This document shows, piece by piece, positions 53,548 to 64,000 of a stretch of 64,000 bases of DNA. A program made the translations under genes and the position numbers. Numbering within the stretch: position 1 is the stretch's first letter; each line of letters starts with the position of its first letter. Origin of the DNA: Fimbriosthenelais zetlandica (taxonomy: Eukaryota); assembly GCA_977030845.1 (NCBI GenBank), contig OZ365110.1, forward strand, positions 49,042,001 through 49,106,000. Direction: 5' to 3'. The notes below the pieces were generated by a model. That model made no database searches. It saw nothing but the letters and a program-made list of their open reading frames with translations, and was not told the DNA's origin.

Positions 53548-54422
53548 GGATTTTCCAAAATATGGTCCGGTTCTCTAGATTGAGAATAAATAGAAATTTG
53601 TGTTTCTGTACTTTAAGTGTTAGTTGTGTAGGTCATGCAGAAGTCATGTTTTTGTTTTGTATCGGGCTTTCACTCACTCAAACAAACTTTGTATCCAGTC
53701 AAGCAACCTTACATTCAAGTTTTAGTCATGTGTTTTTGGTACATATATAGAAGAAAAACAATAGCGTTCAAAACCCTCTCCACCTCTCACTCACAATTCT
53801 ACTCACTCAAACTTTCATCACAAGGAGAGAGCTTTGAACAAAGCAGTATTCATGTCAACAATATGTCAGTGTGTGTTCAGTGTAGGCAGCATAATGCAGT
53901 CTCCAGTAAGCTTTTAAAGCTTCATTCTTTACTTTCATTCATACATTCATGCAACCATATGCTGTATATTAAATGTACCTTTTGTTTTCAGTACTGGTAA
54001 ACAGTACTTTACTCAATGTGTTTTTGTTTCAATTGTTTTTTACCTGTTTTGCCTGAAACTGGCAAATATTAAATAACACCAGTTTTCACAACAGAATGAA
54101 AATCTGCTGGACACACCAAAAAACACCATCTCACCATTCATAAGCATTTTACAACACATAGGAAAGTCACCCATTCATTCACCATATTGTTTGGTTAATG
54201 CCTATCATGTCAGTCAAAGATTCTTGTCAGCTAAGGTCATTATGAAGCCAATTCACTGAGGGCTTTCTGTCTTGTCAGACCAATGGTCGTTTGGGCTTCG
54301 CGTCACATGCCCAATAGCTTACCACAACCTGCGTCAGTAGCTGACGCTAGGTACAAGTTCACCGGTGGATGCAGAAGGAGTAGTAGAAGATGGCTGAAGA
54401 TCCATACAAAGTGTCGACTTAC

Positions 54423-54518
54423 CCTTCCCAAGCACAACCTTTTGTTCATGGCCATCAGAGCTGCTGCTGCTGCATGGTGATCGGGGAATTCCACGAAGGC
54501 GTATGGGTCATTCCCAGG
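54423..54518 (-). CDS. TIAL1: Internal coding exon of a TIA-1/TIAR (nucleolysin TIAR, Rox8-like) gene; RRM1 RNP1 region; 96 nt, 32 aa, phase 0-0
   Basis: Minus strand reads ...gatccgtctcttatctttgcAG|CCTGGGAATGAC...TTGGGAAGG|GTAAGT. The translation PGNDPYAFVEFPDHHAAAAALMAMNKRLCLGR matches the TIA1/TIAR family segment after CKII(R/H)E and before E(M/I)KVNWA (Rox8: PGNDPYAFIEY...AMNKRLFLEK). Both boundaries fall at the family's usual exon junctions. The symbol denotes the family; TIA1 versus TIAL1 is not resolvable in invertebrates. Confidence 0.93.
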
Positions 54519-54547
54519 CTGCAAAGATAAGAGACGGATCTTAGTTA
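54519..54547 (-). promoter_or_regulatory. 3' splice site of the TIAR exon (branch-point-like taactaa, polypyrimidine tract, CAG)
   Basis: Minus strand gtaactaagatccgtctcttatctttgcag lies immediately before the exon. Confidence 0.8.
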
Positions 54548-55141
54548 CATGGGTTTACGTTGAATCAATCATGCATGTATATATACCTCCTCAAAGACGA
54601 GGCCACAGGGGTTAACAAATGGGTATATAAATGATAGTACTCCATATGACAGTCTCCCAGCATATGACAGTCGCCATATATTCAGTTTGGTATTAAAAAA
54701 TGGGAAAGAAATGAGGAAATTGGTGCTAAGATAGCAGGTGATTAATTGAAATTAATACATCTTTAACGTTTAATTTATGTTGGACAATTTCTATTTATAG
54801 GTCCGTCATGGCATAATTTAATTGACTTGCATAGCAATAAGTAGCTCATTGGCTCATTACTAGATCATTATATTGTGATGCAACTGACTGAAGGCCATAT
54901 ACCCAGGTGTTGTAAGTATTATCTACTTAACCTTTTGGCCACTTAACTGTTTACAAAAATATTTCGAGCCTGCATTTTAAGCCCTAGAAAATGTAACAGG
55001 GATGGGGGGAAAGTGGATAACCAAATATCTAACCAAATACTGGGATGCATAGAAGAGATAGACTGTCTTGGAAGTCTATGAAGTCTTATTGAATACCATA
55101 ATAAGAGGGTAGGGGAAGCACCCGGATCTCTCGCATATATA

Positions 55142-55375
55142 CATCATCCTGTGACAGTGGTCCTATTACCCGCGTTTATCTGGCTTTGTTCTAGACAGGG
55201 CCACAATAAATCACAGCAGCTCTCGCTTCACTCCATTTGCTAAGATAGATTATATGACTGGGTTCGGGCACGCCACGCAGTTGGACATATCAAGATGAGT
55301 GGATGACATTATCTACAATTGATCTGGCAATAATTGCTTCACGAGGAACCAGTCTCGCCCTCGAGGGAATCTCAG
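55142..55375 (+). mobile_element. Possible decayed LINE (I/Nimb-like) APE fragment
   Basis: HHP at 55142, then in one frame LGSGTP...TLSTIDLAIIAS...GRD, resembling HHPLW...NDGSPT...SAIDLSLCS...GSDH with near-correct spacing. Confidence 0.3.
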
Positions 55376-55942
55376 AGGGTCGGGACATAAATCTAAATCC
55401 CTATTTGGGAATTTCGGTGTTGGAGGAGAAAATCTGGGGTATTATGCAGCATCGCAAAGATGAAATTATGGGTGTCAAAGCTGGGGAGTTATTTCTGATG
55501 CTTTGGGAGGTAACAGCTAAAACACAACTGTCCATTGGCGTGTGGCGTCTTAGGCTGCCGCCATGGAATCAGATTCAAGCGTTCAAATCTCCTTTTACGA
55601 CACAGCGGCTGGTGGCACAAAACAAAGCAATGCATCATCGTGCCAGACAGGTGTTGTCCCCGAAAGGTCAGAGCCGCGTGAGAAAATGCCATCTTCCTTC
55701 ATGCTCCCACTACAGGCCTCCATCTATTACAGCCACCTACCATAATCTCCCGTCCCAGATCCCTCCAGCCTCCATATCATCCGCCTCCACCACCACCACT
55801 AACCCATCACACCTAACACCCAATAATAGTAATATCCCACCCACCCATACCACCCAATACCTCCACTCTCTTTCTCTTATGTCCTCCGACCAACATTCTT
55901 TTGCTGCTGCAAATGGCAAAGAATGGCTAAGTTCTAAGTTAC

Positions 55943-55957
55943 TTTTTTTTTTTTTTT
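55943..55957 (+). repeat. Poly(T)15
   Basis: Read directly. Confidence 0.9.
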
Positions 55958-58900
55958 ACCCAAGTGCCTTTACAACTATTCCTGGACTGTTCCTTCTAAC
56001 CTGACAGTAATGGCAACATGTTCAATTGACGAGGCTTTATTTAATCAAAGATTCACGTAATCCAATACTCCGTTAGAGTCCAAATGTGTGAGCACAACAC
56101 ATTATCATTAGTGGACGTGATCAATAAGTTGCGAGGCGTTTACGAAGCAAAAATTTAATTTTTCTCTTCAGGCTGAGGAAGTTGGTGTTAGCTTCATCAT
56201 CAAAGAGATCCTGGCAATTAGAATTGATGTGAACTTTTTCAGGTTCCGACGTGAAATCAATTGGCCATCCAAGAGTAAAGGATGAAAGGACAGTGAAAAA
56301 AGGCCAACATATATTCCTACACTTCTAACTATTATCGGCTTGGTAAGAGGATTCAGAAATCATTCGATTTGTACTATAATAACTTCATGGAGCTGTAAGA
56401 CTAGAATAAAGAGAAAATTAAGAGAAAGTGAGTTCACTTCTTACATGTTATGCACTTACTAACACACGAGCAGAACAAACATTACTTTAAATGACTCATT
56501 CCATCTGATGCAAGCAGAGTACAATACGGTCGATGCTCCATAAATTGACAAAAGCTGTCACCCAATCTAAATGCGATGACAACTTACATTTGTATGTGCA
56601 CAAAATAGCATTGTAAGGAATATTAAACATGTAATGTTATATTGGGCAAAAAATATACAAAATTTTCATGTTAAACTAACCCCCAATCTAGGGTGGTTTG
56701 GTGTAATATTGGATGGAATTTTGATACTCATGTATATAATATAATGTTTTATTATTAACATCACATGCAAGTCCGAGTTGTGTTGGACCTAACACAACAA
56801 ACCCAGAATATGGTTAGGACACTATTTCTATTCTACACTGTGTCTTATTGCCGTCGTAACCTTCCCCGCTCCTATTCCACCATCCCTCCTTTCTCACCAT
56901 CTCCTTCGCCATCCTTCTGCCATTCTCAGTCTCCCTGAGGTGGAACCGGGTGGTAAATCCTACTAAGTAGAGCCCCAATCACCCCCACCAAGTTGTCTCT
57001 GACCGGGTGGCTGTGGGAATCATCAATAGCCTCAGCGCTCAGCGTAAACAAACTCCAGGAGACGTGTTTGGAGCAGGGAGATCAAAGTGTGCGCTATTGA
57101 GCGATAAGGATTAAAATGTCTCCAGATACAAGGGAAGTGAGAGCAAGGAAGAGAAATGGCAGGCTGCCAACAGATGAGAGAATATAGAAGAAAATCAGAC
57201 ATCGGGGAGAAATAGATGGAAAGTGTGACTGCCAAATAGAATGTGCGAAATTGAAAGAATTTCTATCAAATTTGCCATGAAGTGAATTCAGTGATAAAAT
57301 TGATCCTAGTTTGTAATTTGTACACATAATATTTTGCCGTAGGTCCCTTTGGATTGATGGATGACTAAATTTAGGCTTTCTGGTATTGAATGGCAATAAA
57401 TACTTGGTTTTCTTGGCAGGGTGAATGTTCTCACTTTCTTCAAAAAGAACGGGTTTGCGGTAATCATGGCTCATAATTATGCCGGCAATTATGTGAAATC
57501 ACGGAGGACAGTCACGGTCTCCCTCCTCAGGAAGACGACGTAATTTATTGGTTGCCATGAAAGGCTTAGGTACTTCCGTTTTTGGAGTATTTTTAATGTG
57601 GCAAGGGACAAAACATGCGGCCATTAATGAAAACAAATGGGCCCTTCTCCTGACAAGGAAAAGACTTTTCCACGTAAAAAAATTTAACAGGAATGGGCTG
57701 AAAAATGATGAAAATGACATTGAAATTACTGTTGACATACTGTTTTTACATCCTTGTTTTTACACTTATTTCTTAGCCAGAGGTTAATTTACTTTTATTA
57801 CATTTACCTTAAAGGACATGAAAGTTATTAAAAATCCTTCTGGTTAAAAAGAAAGTCAAATTTCAAACATTTTCGGGTCATTATCTGAAATTGCCTGATA
57901 AAATTTATAGGAACATGCCTAAAATACTCCTACACAAGCGTGGAACTGAAATTTGAGCTATCCCTGTGTAGAATATAAAGTTATGGGGACTAAATTTAAT
58001 TCACAATCTTTGGTATTTACGTTTCCAGGTAATCGATGTTCAGTCAATTTGAACACAATTGGAATGCAAAGTGCATCCTTTCTGCTACTGACAAGAATAT
58101 TGATGGTATGCCTCTGTCAGTATAGCCGGCAGACCCATAAGCAAAGGATACCAGACAAGGGGTGCAAAAAGACTGGGCTTTCAAGAAACATATTGACCAA
58201 ACTGTCACTATGTGGGCTACAGCAAAAACAGCGATTGCGAGAGCAAAAAGAATTCAGGAGACGCTTTTTAGAGTTGCCTTCAATGATCTCGACAGGCGCG
58301 TGTAAATTACACCAGCACAGCGCTATGCTGCTACCCTCCAACACTGCCTCTTTGTCAATTTAACGGCTGTACTTAGCAACACCTGTCATTAAATACCAGA
58401 TTTTTTCCCCTTCTTCCATCGCCCCTTCAGCTCAAAATGATTCAATCAAAGGACATTTTTCAGGTGTCCATTAACAAGGTGATGTATTTGAGGTAAGTGA
58501 TTAAGAGAGGACACAAGGTTTTCTGTACCATTCAGCATACCCGTCCATAGCAGACATGAACTAACTTCTTGACTGGGAGATTTTTGAACAGGAAAAGGCG
58601 ATTTTTGAACAGGAAAATCGAGGAACAGTTTCTAAAATGTTACAAATATTTCCCCAAACAAAACTCGCTTCTGAAAGTATTGAGTTTCTCACTCATGTTT
58701 TGAGCACCCCTTGGAAGCACACCTTGTAACAAAGTTGCTTGCAAAACAAAGATGGGGCGGGGGCGTCTTGCTGTTTCTTCCTGATCCCCGATCAGAGTAG
58801 GCGTACATACATATTCAACACGGATCAGTGGCATGGCCCATGATAATGTGGGTTAGATAGATGTAGGCCCAGCTAGCTACAGCCAATGCTGGTGACTGAG

Positions 58901-59667
58901 GTGTTAACCAGAATCCAACGAGGGAAAAAGCCAAAATTGTCTCTTGTCATCCTCACCACCTCTTTTCCCAATACAATGACAAGCCACGTGCAGATGCAGA
59001 GTGCAATTCTATTTCTGGCAATGTGAAGTTATGTCTGCAGCCCTTGCCTCTATAACATGATCCATCAGAACCTTCACGCTGTGTTACATCCAAACTCGTA
59101 ATTGGCAGAGCTTGCAATATTGTGCCAAAGTGTCGATATCTACATAACATTATGGCATAGCAACTGGCGGAGCGTATAGGCGCGAGACAGGTTTATGGTA
59201 CACTGCTGTTCTTTACCATTCACTCCTATGGGGGCTAGAATATTGGAAGGCGATTCAAGCTGGGGTTATTCATCAATCTCTCAAAACCAGCCTGAATCAC
59301 CCCGGACCAAGGCCTGCTCCACCAAACTCCAGCTCCAATATTCAAGGGGGCTATTTCCCGTTTTAGCGAATGCGGGTGGCAAAAGAGGCCAGCAAAAGTG
59401 GAGTGCGATTAGTCAACACTTGGGAGGCTGTTTGGGTGATAAGACCAAGTCGGAAACAAGCATTAAGAGTTAATGCCACGGTGCTGGGACAAGGGACTAT
59501 TAGAGGTCCCGTAATGGCATGGCTATTCTCAGAGGTTATACCGGATTACATGCCAGTGTGGAACACGGTTAAGAGCGGGTTAATTGAATCAAAGAGGTGA
59601 GATCAATAGATGGAGGTTATTATGGTGGTCTTAATGATGGTTGATGATCGCCAGTGGCCATGTCCAG

Positions 59668-59766
59668 CCAGTCTAGTAGGCTAATTATAGACCAATTATT
59701 ACTCTCTCATCTCCATGGCCATCGTGATCACCACTAAATATCTCGGCAAACTAGAGGTGGGTGGTA
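59668..59766 (-). mobile_element. Possible decayed LINE APE fragment
   Basis: Minus strand YHPP (cf. YRPP; 59766-59755), VIIG (59702-59691) and a DW codon pair (59673-59668; cf. GDFNLPDIDW). Needs several indels. Confidence 0.25.
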
Positions 59767-62371
59767 GGTAGTCAAGGACTCTACCCTGCTGCCAGAACTG
59801 TCAGTAAGCCTAGTGTAAATCACAAAAAAGGTGGCCAGAGTGGATTCTTCCAATCTTACTTGTTCTAACCATTTTATACACCCAGGGTGGGCCAATTCAC
59901 ATGTCCAAGCACCTGAGATATTGGTAGTTATTTCTGAAGCATTTGGCAAACTGGATACAAAATTCATTCTTGTACCTCTTAAACTGCTTAAGAGTGATAT
60001 TGGACCCTATCATGAGATTAGAAGACATTGCACACAAAGTGGGTTACAAAATCATATATGGATCAGTTTACAAAGGTCTTTGGGGGAAAGGATGGTAAGG
60101 ATTTAGGTCAGGAGCCCTAAGACTGACTTTATCCCCTAAGCCATCGATTATGTCTAAGACGTATGGCCTGCTGAGCAGACCCTGAAATGTCAAACATCGC
60201 CGTTCAGGTTACACTTAACCATTGAAGCAGTATTCGGTAATGTGTCGAGAGACTCCAAAGTCCACCTCAGTTTGCATTTAACAACCTTTCTGACACTGCA
60301 ATGCGGGAAGGCATGGCCGGTCACTTTGAAGGTTTTACAACATTAAAATCAATGGAGGCCTCCCAATATTGGTGATGCAAATAAAACCATCCTATCTTTC
60401 CTTATGTCAATGCTGTTTTGCCAACATAGCCAACACGCCCCAGTAAAAAACGAGTTGTATGAAAGCAATGAAATACTTAGCAGCAAGAGGCTATCTCCCC
60501 TCAGCAGATTGACTGTTGTTATCTCATTCACTGTTTCCTTCATTTCTAAGCTATCTCAGTCCAGACATAGACGAGTGTCGGAGGAAGAGATAGTTAAAGC
60601 CATACCAGGGGCAGTTAGCTTAGTATTAATGTTGTATGTTCATTCTTGTGTACTTAAATATCACCATAAATCAGGAGCAGAGAGCTCTGCTGGTGATAAA
60701 ACACCATAGCTCTGTTCAATGAAACTATTTTTTGTTTTCTCCATTACCAGGCTTTGATTTATGACGTAATATAGCTTCGCCACTGCCCCTTTTCTATAAA
60801 GTACTAATAAGAGCTGCTGGCTCCCGTACAAATCGTTTTGAAAGGGAATTCATGGTCTGTAGACATTACAGATTCAGTCACTTGTACAATAGAAGTATGC
60901 TGGTTGTGGGTTTCAGTAGGTAACTAACTAAAATATCAATATATTTAAGTTTTATACAGTTAAGATTCTGTGGCAAATGTGCAGCAATGCAGTAGATACA
61001 ACCAGAAATACTAATATGTTCTAATATGTTAATCTCAACTGTCCCAGAGCCCTACTGCTTTTATTTTATAGTATCTATGTATATTTCTACTGCAGATAAG
61101 TGAATCAGAAGAACTTATGCCAACATGAATAATCAGAGATCATGGCTACCATAGCCATCTTCAAGGCGTGGTGAAAGGAGAAGGTAGAATTAGCGCACCC
61201 TTTCTCAACATTCAGGATTAGCATTCGCTCGGTCTTATCAATTACTGCCGGGACGAGCTTGTGGCAGAGTCCATAATGTCAAGCATTGACCAACCCCTAA
61301 CCCTCCAAAGCCTCCTTACTCGGCTAAGTATAGAATAACTAAGGTCCTGATCTCCAAGGGTCACATTACGCACTCAAGCCATGTCATTTGGCAAGCTAGG
61401 GGTCAAGATGAACATGGTGATTTGTCCATCTGGCATGACAAACAGGGATGTTACATGATAGGCCAGTTGGGGTTGGCCTTTCTGTGACATCAGCCTACCA
61501 AGTACAGGCCACCTCAGCCAAAATAAATATTGGTGAAAAGCATTGGGCGATCAATCGGGCTGGTTTGCGTCAATGTTTACAGGGACAGGAGGAGTTGAGG
61601 GAGGAGGATGTTTTTACGTGTTCTACATGTTTATTATGCAGGTCGTAATGAAGGTATCAGTGGGTCTGGCCATCATTACCCACCTGCTGCCCTGAGGCAA
61701 TATTCATACCTATCAGAGAGCAGTGTTTGTCCATGAGCCGGCCTGGGACGGCCATGAGCTCTCCTCCAAAAGACCATTACACTGCTTCCACCAGAGGAGC
61801 ATCTAGATTCTGTTTGCCGGTGATGGCTGTGATTTGTTAGTTATCCCATGAAGGGGGACTGTTCACTCTGCTGGTTTGAGGGTGTGGATAAGCATTTACT
61901 CCGCCGTGGTCATTGTCTGCCATCTTCCTATGCCCGCGAGCATATTGTCCCGGGCTCTTCTTACCTCATTGTATGTGCTGCTCACGAGCAATTGAGGCTG
62001 GTCATGTGACCAGCGGCGATTTGGTGGGGACTTAAGCCTCACCTGGCTGGAATCTCCAATGAATCCATCCATTGTGGCCAGCCAGGTCCTGGAAAATACA
62101 GCCTGCTATCAATCGGCCTAGGCACTGCACAACCCCGATAAGTGAAGTCATTAGAATGAGCTGGTGTATAGCGGGGACATATGGAACACTAACTCTGGTG
62201 AATACCAAACTGGGTGAACAGCACAGGGCAAATGTCCAGATCACCTTTCATCAGACTGATTTTCAAGAGGAGGACGCGCTTTGAATCAAGGTGCCGGGTG
62301 TGACTTAACATTGTTACCCTACACCAGGCCAGCTCAGAAATGGGTCAGCAAATGTGCTTAGTCGGCACAAG

Positions 62372-62594
62372 TATAAGGTTGTGTTGGTCGATTAGGAGAA
62401 GTGGTGGATGTAAGCTGGGATGTGGCAGGAATTGAAGTAAAGTATGTCTAGAATGATATGGGAGGGCCCGAATTAGGTAAAGCACTAATCTGAGCACCTG
62501 AACCAGCGCTACAAACATCATCAGCTAGTGTAAAAAGGGACTGTGGGAGGCGGATAAAGCCAGCCCTACACGGAGATGCTCCTAACATAATAAT
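62372..62594 (-). mobile_element. Decayed LINE APE C-terminal fragment (CR1/Jockey-like)
   Basis: Minus strand, with frameshifts: IIMLG (62594-62580), LVQ (62506-62498), ILD...PAY (from 62454), HNLI (62383-62372). Order matches GDFN...QLVQ.PTR...ILDL...P.AY...SDHNLI. LVQ-to-ILD (52 nt) and ILD-to-HNLI (71 nt) are close to the ~51 and ~75 nt I recall for such elements. Confidence 0.45.
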
Positions 62595-64000
62595 CGCCTC
62601 AAATCTTGTTTGGAGTTCATGCGTGCCATCCGTGAGTGTTATGCCCTCGTCCAGTGTAATCTGGCAAAAGCTTCACGAATAACCGCCCACTTCAACAGGT
62701 CGAGCTGAGCAGCACTATGCCCAACAGGTCATAAGCATCACTCCGTGTTAAATTAAAATTAGCAGATTGAGATTTTTCATTACGAATTCATGCATATAAA
62801 ATCCATAGAAACTAGGAGAAATATTATTGACAGCGATATCACTGATCAGTTAGTCATTCCTGGGAAACAGTAGAGTGGAGGTCTCTGCCCCTAGCCAACA
62901 TTGGAAGGAAGACCAAGTTATTTGGCAGGTGCCAGCCACCTTGACTAACACGATGCGTAGCCCCAGCCAAACTAGATCCTACCTTGGATGGCAGGAGGAT
63001 GAGATTGTAGCAGTGGGCGATGATTTGCTGAGGTTGTAATTCTCCGTGTCACGGAGAGGTCCCAGACCTTACCCAGATTATCAGTTGACCAAATCAGGCT
63101 GGACTGACCAGACCCGCACGCTACCTCCCCATCCACTGACCACATCCAATCTATATCATTCTGTACTTAACAAACTAAATCTCACTGATGGAATATTATT
63201 ATGGAACTGCACGGTGAGACCGACGGATGGGCTAGTCAACCAGTCAGTGCACGGAGGAGGTTTATACTATAGTAGTTTTCTTTGTTCCTCAACAATTCTT
63301 GCCGCAATGCAATTCAAGAAGTCTTGTCAACCAGCAGTCTCTACGAGTTCACATTTTTAGTGTCTGGACAGAAGGGATGCACAGTTTCAGAAAATATCGG
63401 TTGGTATGATGGCAAATAAGAAGGCCTTATAATATAGACGGAATTATTGATATCACTTTCATTTGAGACATTTTCAGCCATTCTAATTATACATCACCAC
63501 GAAATAAATTAACCATATTTTTCGGTTGTTGTCAATAGATTATATTATCTCTTGTCTGGCAGTCTAATCCATTCGAGAGACAAACCCTACTCCTGATGTC
63601 CTGATCCATTGGACGAGTCAAATATGTGTGGGTGGAGCCAGACGTGTTTTTATCTACTGCTCCAGCCCCCATCACCAAGTAATGGTCAACCTCGCAGCCT
63701 CAGGCCAGATTCCATTCAGCGAAAGCCATCCCTTCATATTAAACTGATGGCCTGTGCCTTTTATAGCTATCAAGACCATCCTGTAGATTGCTTTGACGAT
63801 AACACTTAAGAGAAGAAGTTGCCTTTAAATTTGCCGTTTGAAGGTAAGCCGGTGCACTTTCTTCTGTGTTGCGGCAGGAGAGTGGATTTTTTCCCATGAT
63901 GGCATGGCGTCAATAGGTTATGGAAATGCTTCACTCTCTGACTACAATATCAGAAGTCAAGGAGATGACTACTGCCCGGGAGACCAGGTTGGCAATGTTA

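Larger units (their letters stand above)
1..54422 (-). other. Probable very long intron downstream of the TIAR RRM1 exon (extends beyond the window start)
   Basis: Begins with GTAAGT at 54422. A manual scan for the next exon's invariant N-W-A codons (plus-strand gcccaRtt) found only two hits (~23677, ~39158), neither in a KVNWA context. Confidence 0.6.
54519..64000 (-). other. Probable intron upstream of the TIAR RRM1 exon
   Basis: Ends in the CAG acceptor. No YVGN or CKII coding pattern was found by eye on the minus strand in 54.5-64 kb. Confidence 0.6.

Noticed and set aside
54303-54422. ORF-track extension of the TIAR peptide (VSRHFVWIFS...)
   Set aside because: Family similarity ends exactly at the GTAAGT donor; this is intron read-through.
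56172-56342. Plus-strand exon candidate (strong acceptor at 56171, donor at 56343)
   Set aside because: Stops in all three frames and no protein similarity beyond a vague APE-like GVSFII.
63046-63360. HGGGLYY ORF as an APE N-terminus
   Set aside because: Spacing to the putative TExW motif is about twice the expected distance; too weak to list as a feature.
1-64000. rRNA, intact tRNA, telomeric arrays, prokaryotic operons or defence systems
   Set aside because: None recognisable by eye on either strand; short ORFs lack gene-like density, operon structure or known domains.

Overview
Eukaryotic (animal) genomic DNA, almost entirely non-coding. The one gene feature I can firmly support is a 96-nt, phase-0/phase-0 coding exon on the minus strand (54423-54518; PGNDPYAFVEFPDHHAAAAALMAMNKRLCLGR) from RRM1 of a TIA-1/TIAR (Drosophila Rox8-like) RNA-binding protein gene, with canonical splice sites. 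The peptide is of the protostome type (closest in my memory to insect/crustacean Rox8/TIAR), not the vertebrate type. By manual scan the neighbouring exons (LYVGNL... upstream, ...KVNWA... downstream) are absent, so the rest of the window is probably two long introns (at least 54.4 kb and at least 9.5 kb). These contain microsatellites, purine/pyrimidine tracts, minisatellites (clustered at 50.9-53.6 kb), a near-identical 139-bp local duplication, and many short, heavily decayed fragments resembling LINE endonuclease/RT or tRNA-derived SINE heads (all low confidence). Almost all other ORFs in the track look spurious. There is no prokaryotic system, CRISPR array, rRNA, intact tRNA or intact transposon, and I cannot claim a novel biological system. 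The most testable leads are a candidate autoregulatory poison/micro-exon about 2.1-2.5 kb downstream of the TIAR exon, a hairpin-bearing ~62-bp repeat with a compensatory stem change, and an apparent enrichment of TAGGCCTA. All counts were made by eye; base composition (~41% GC) is assumed, not measured.
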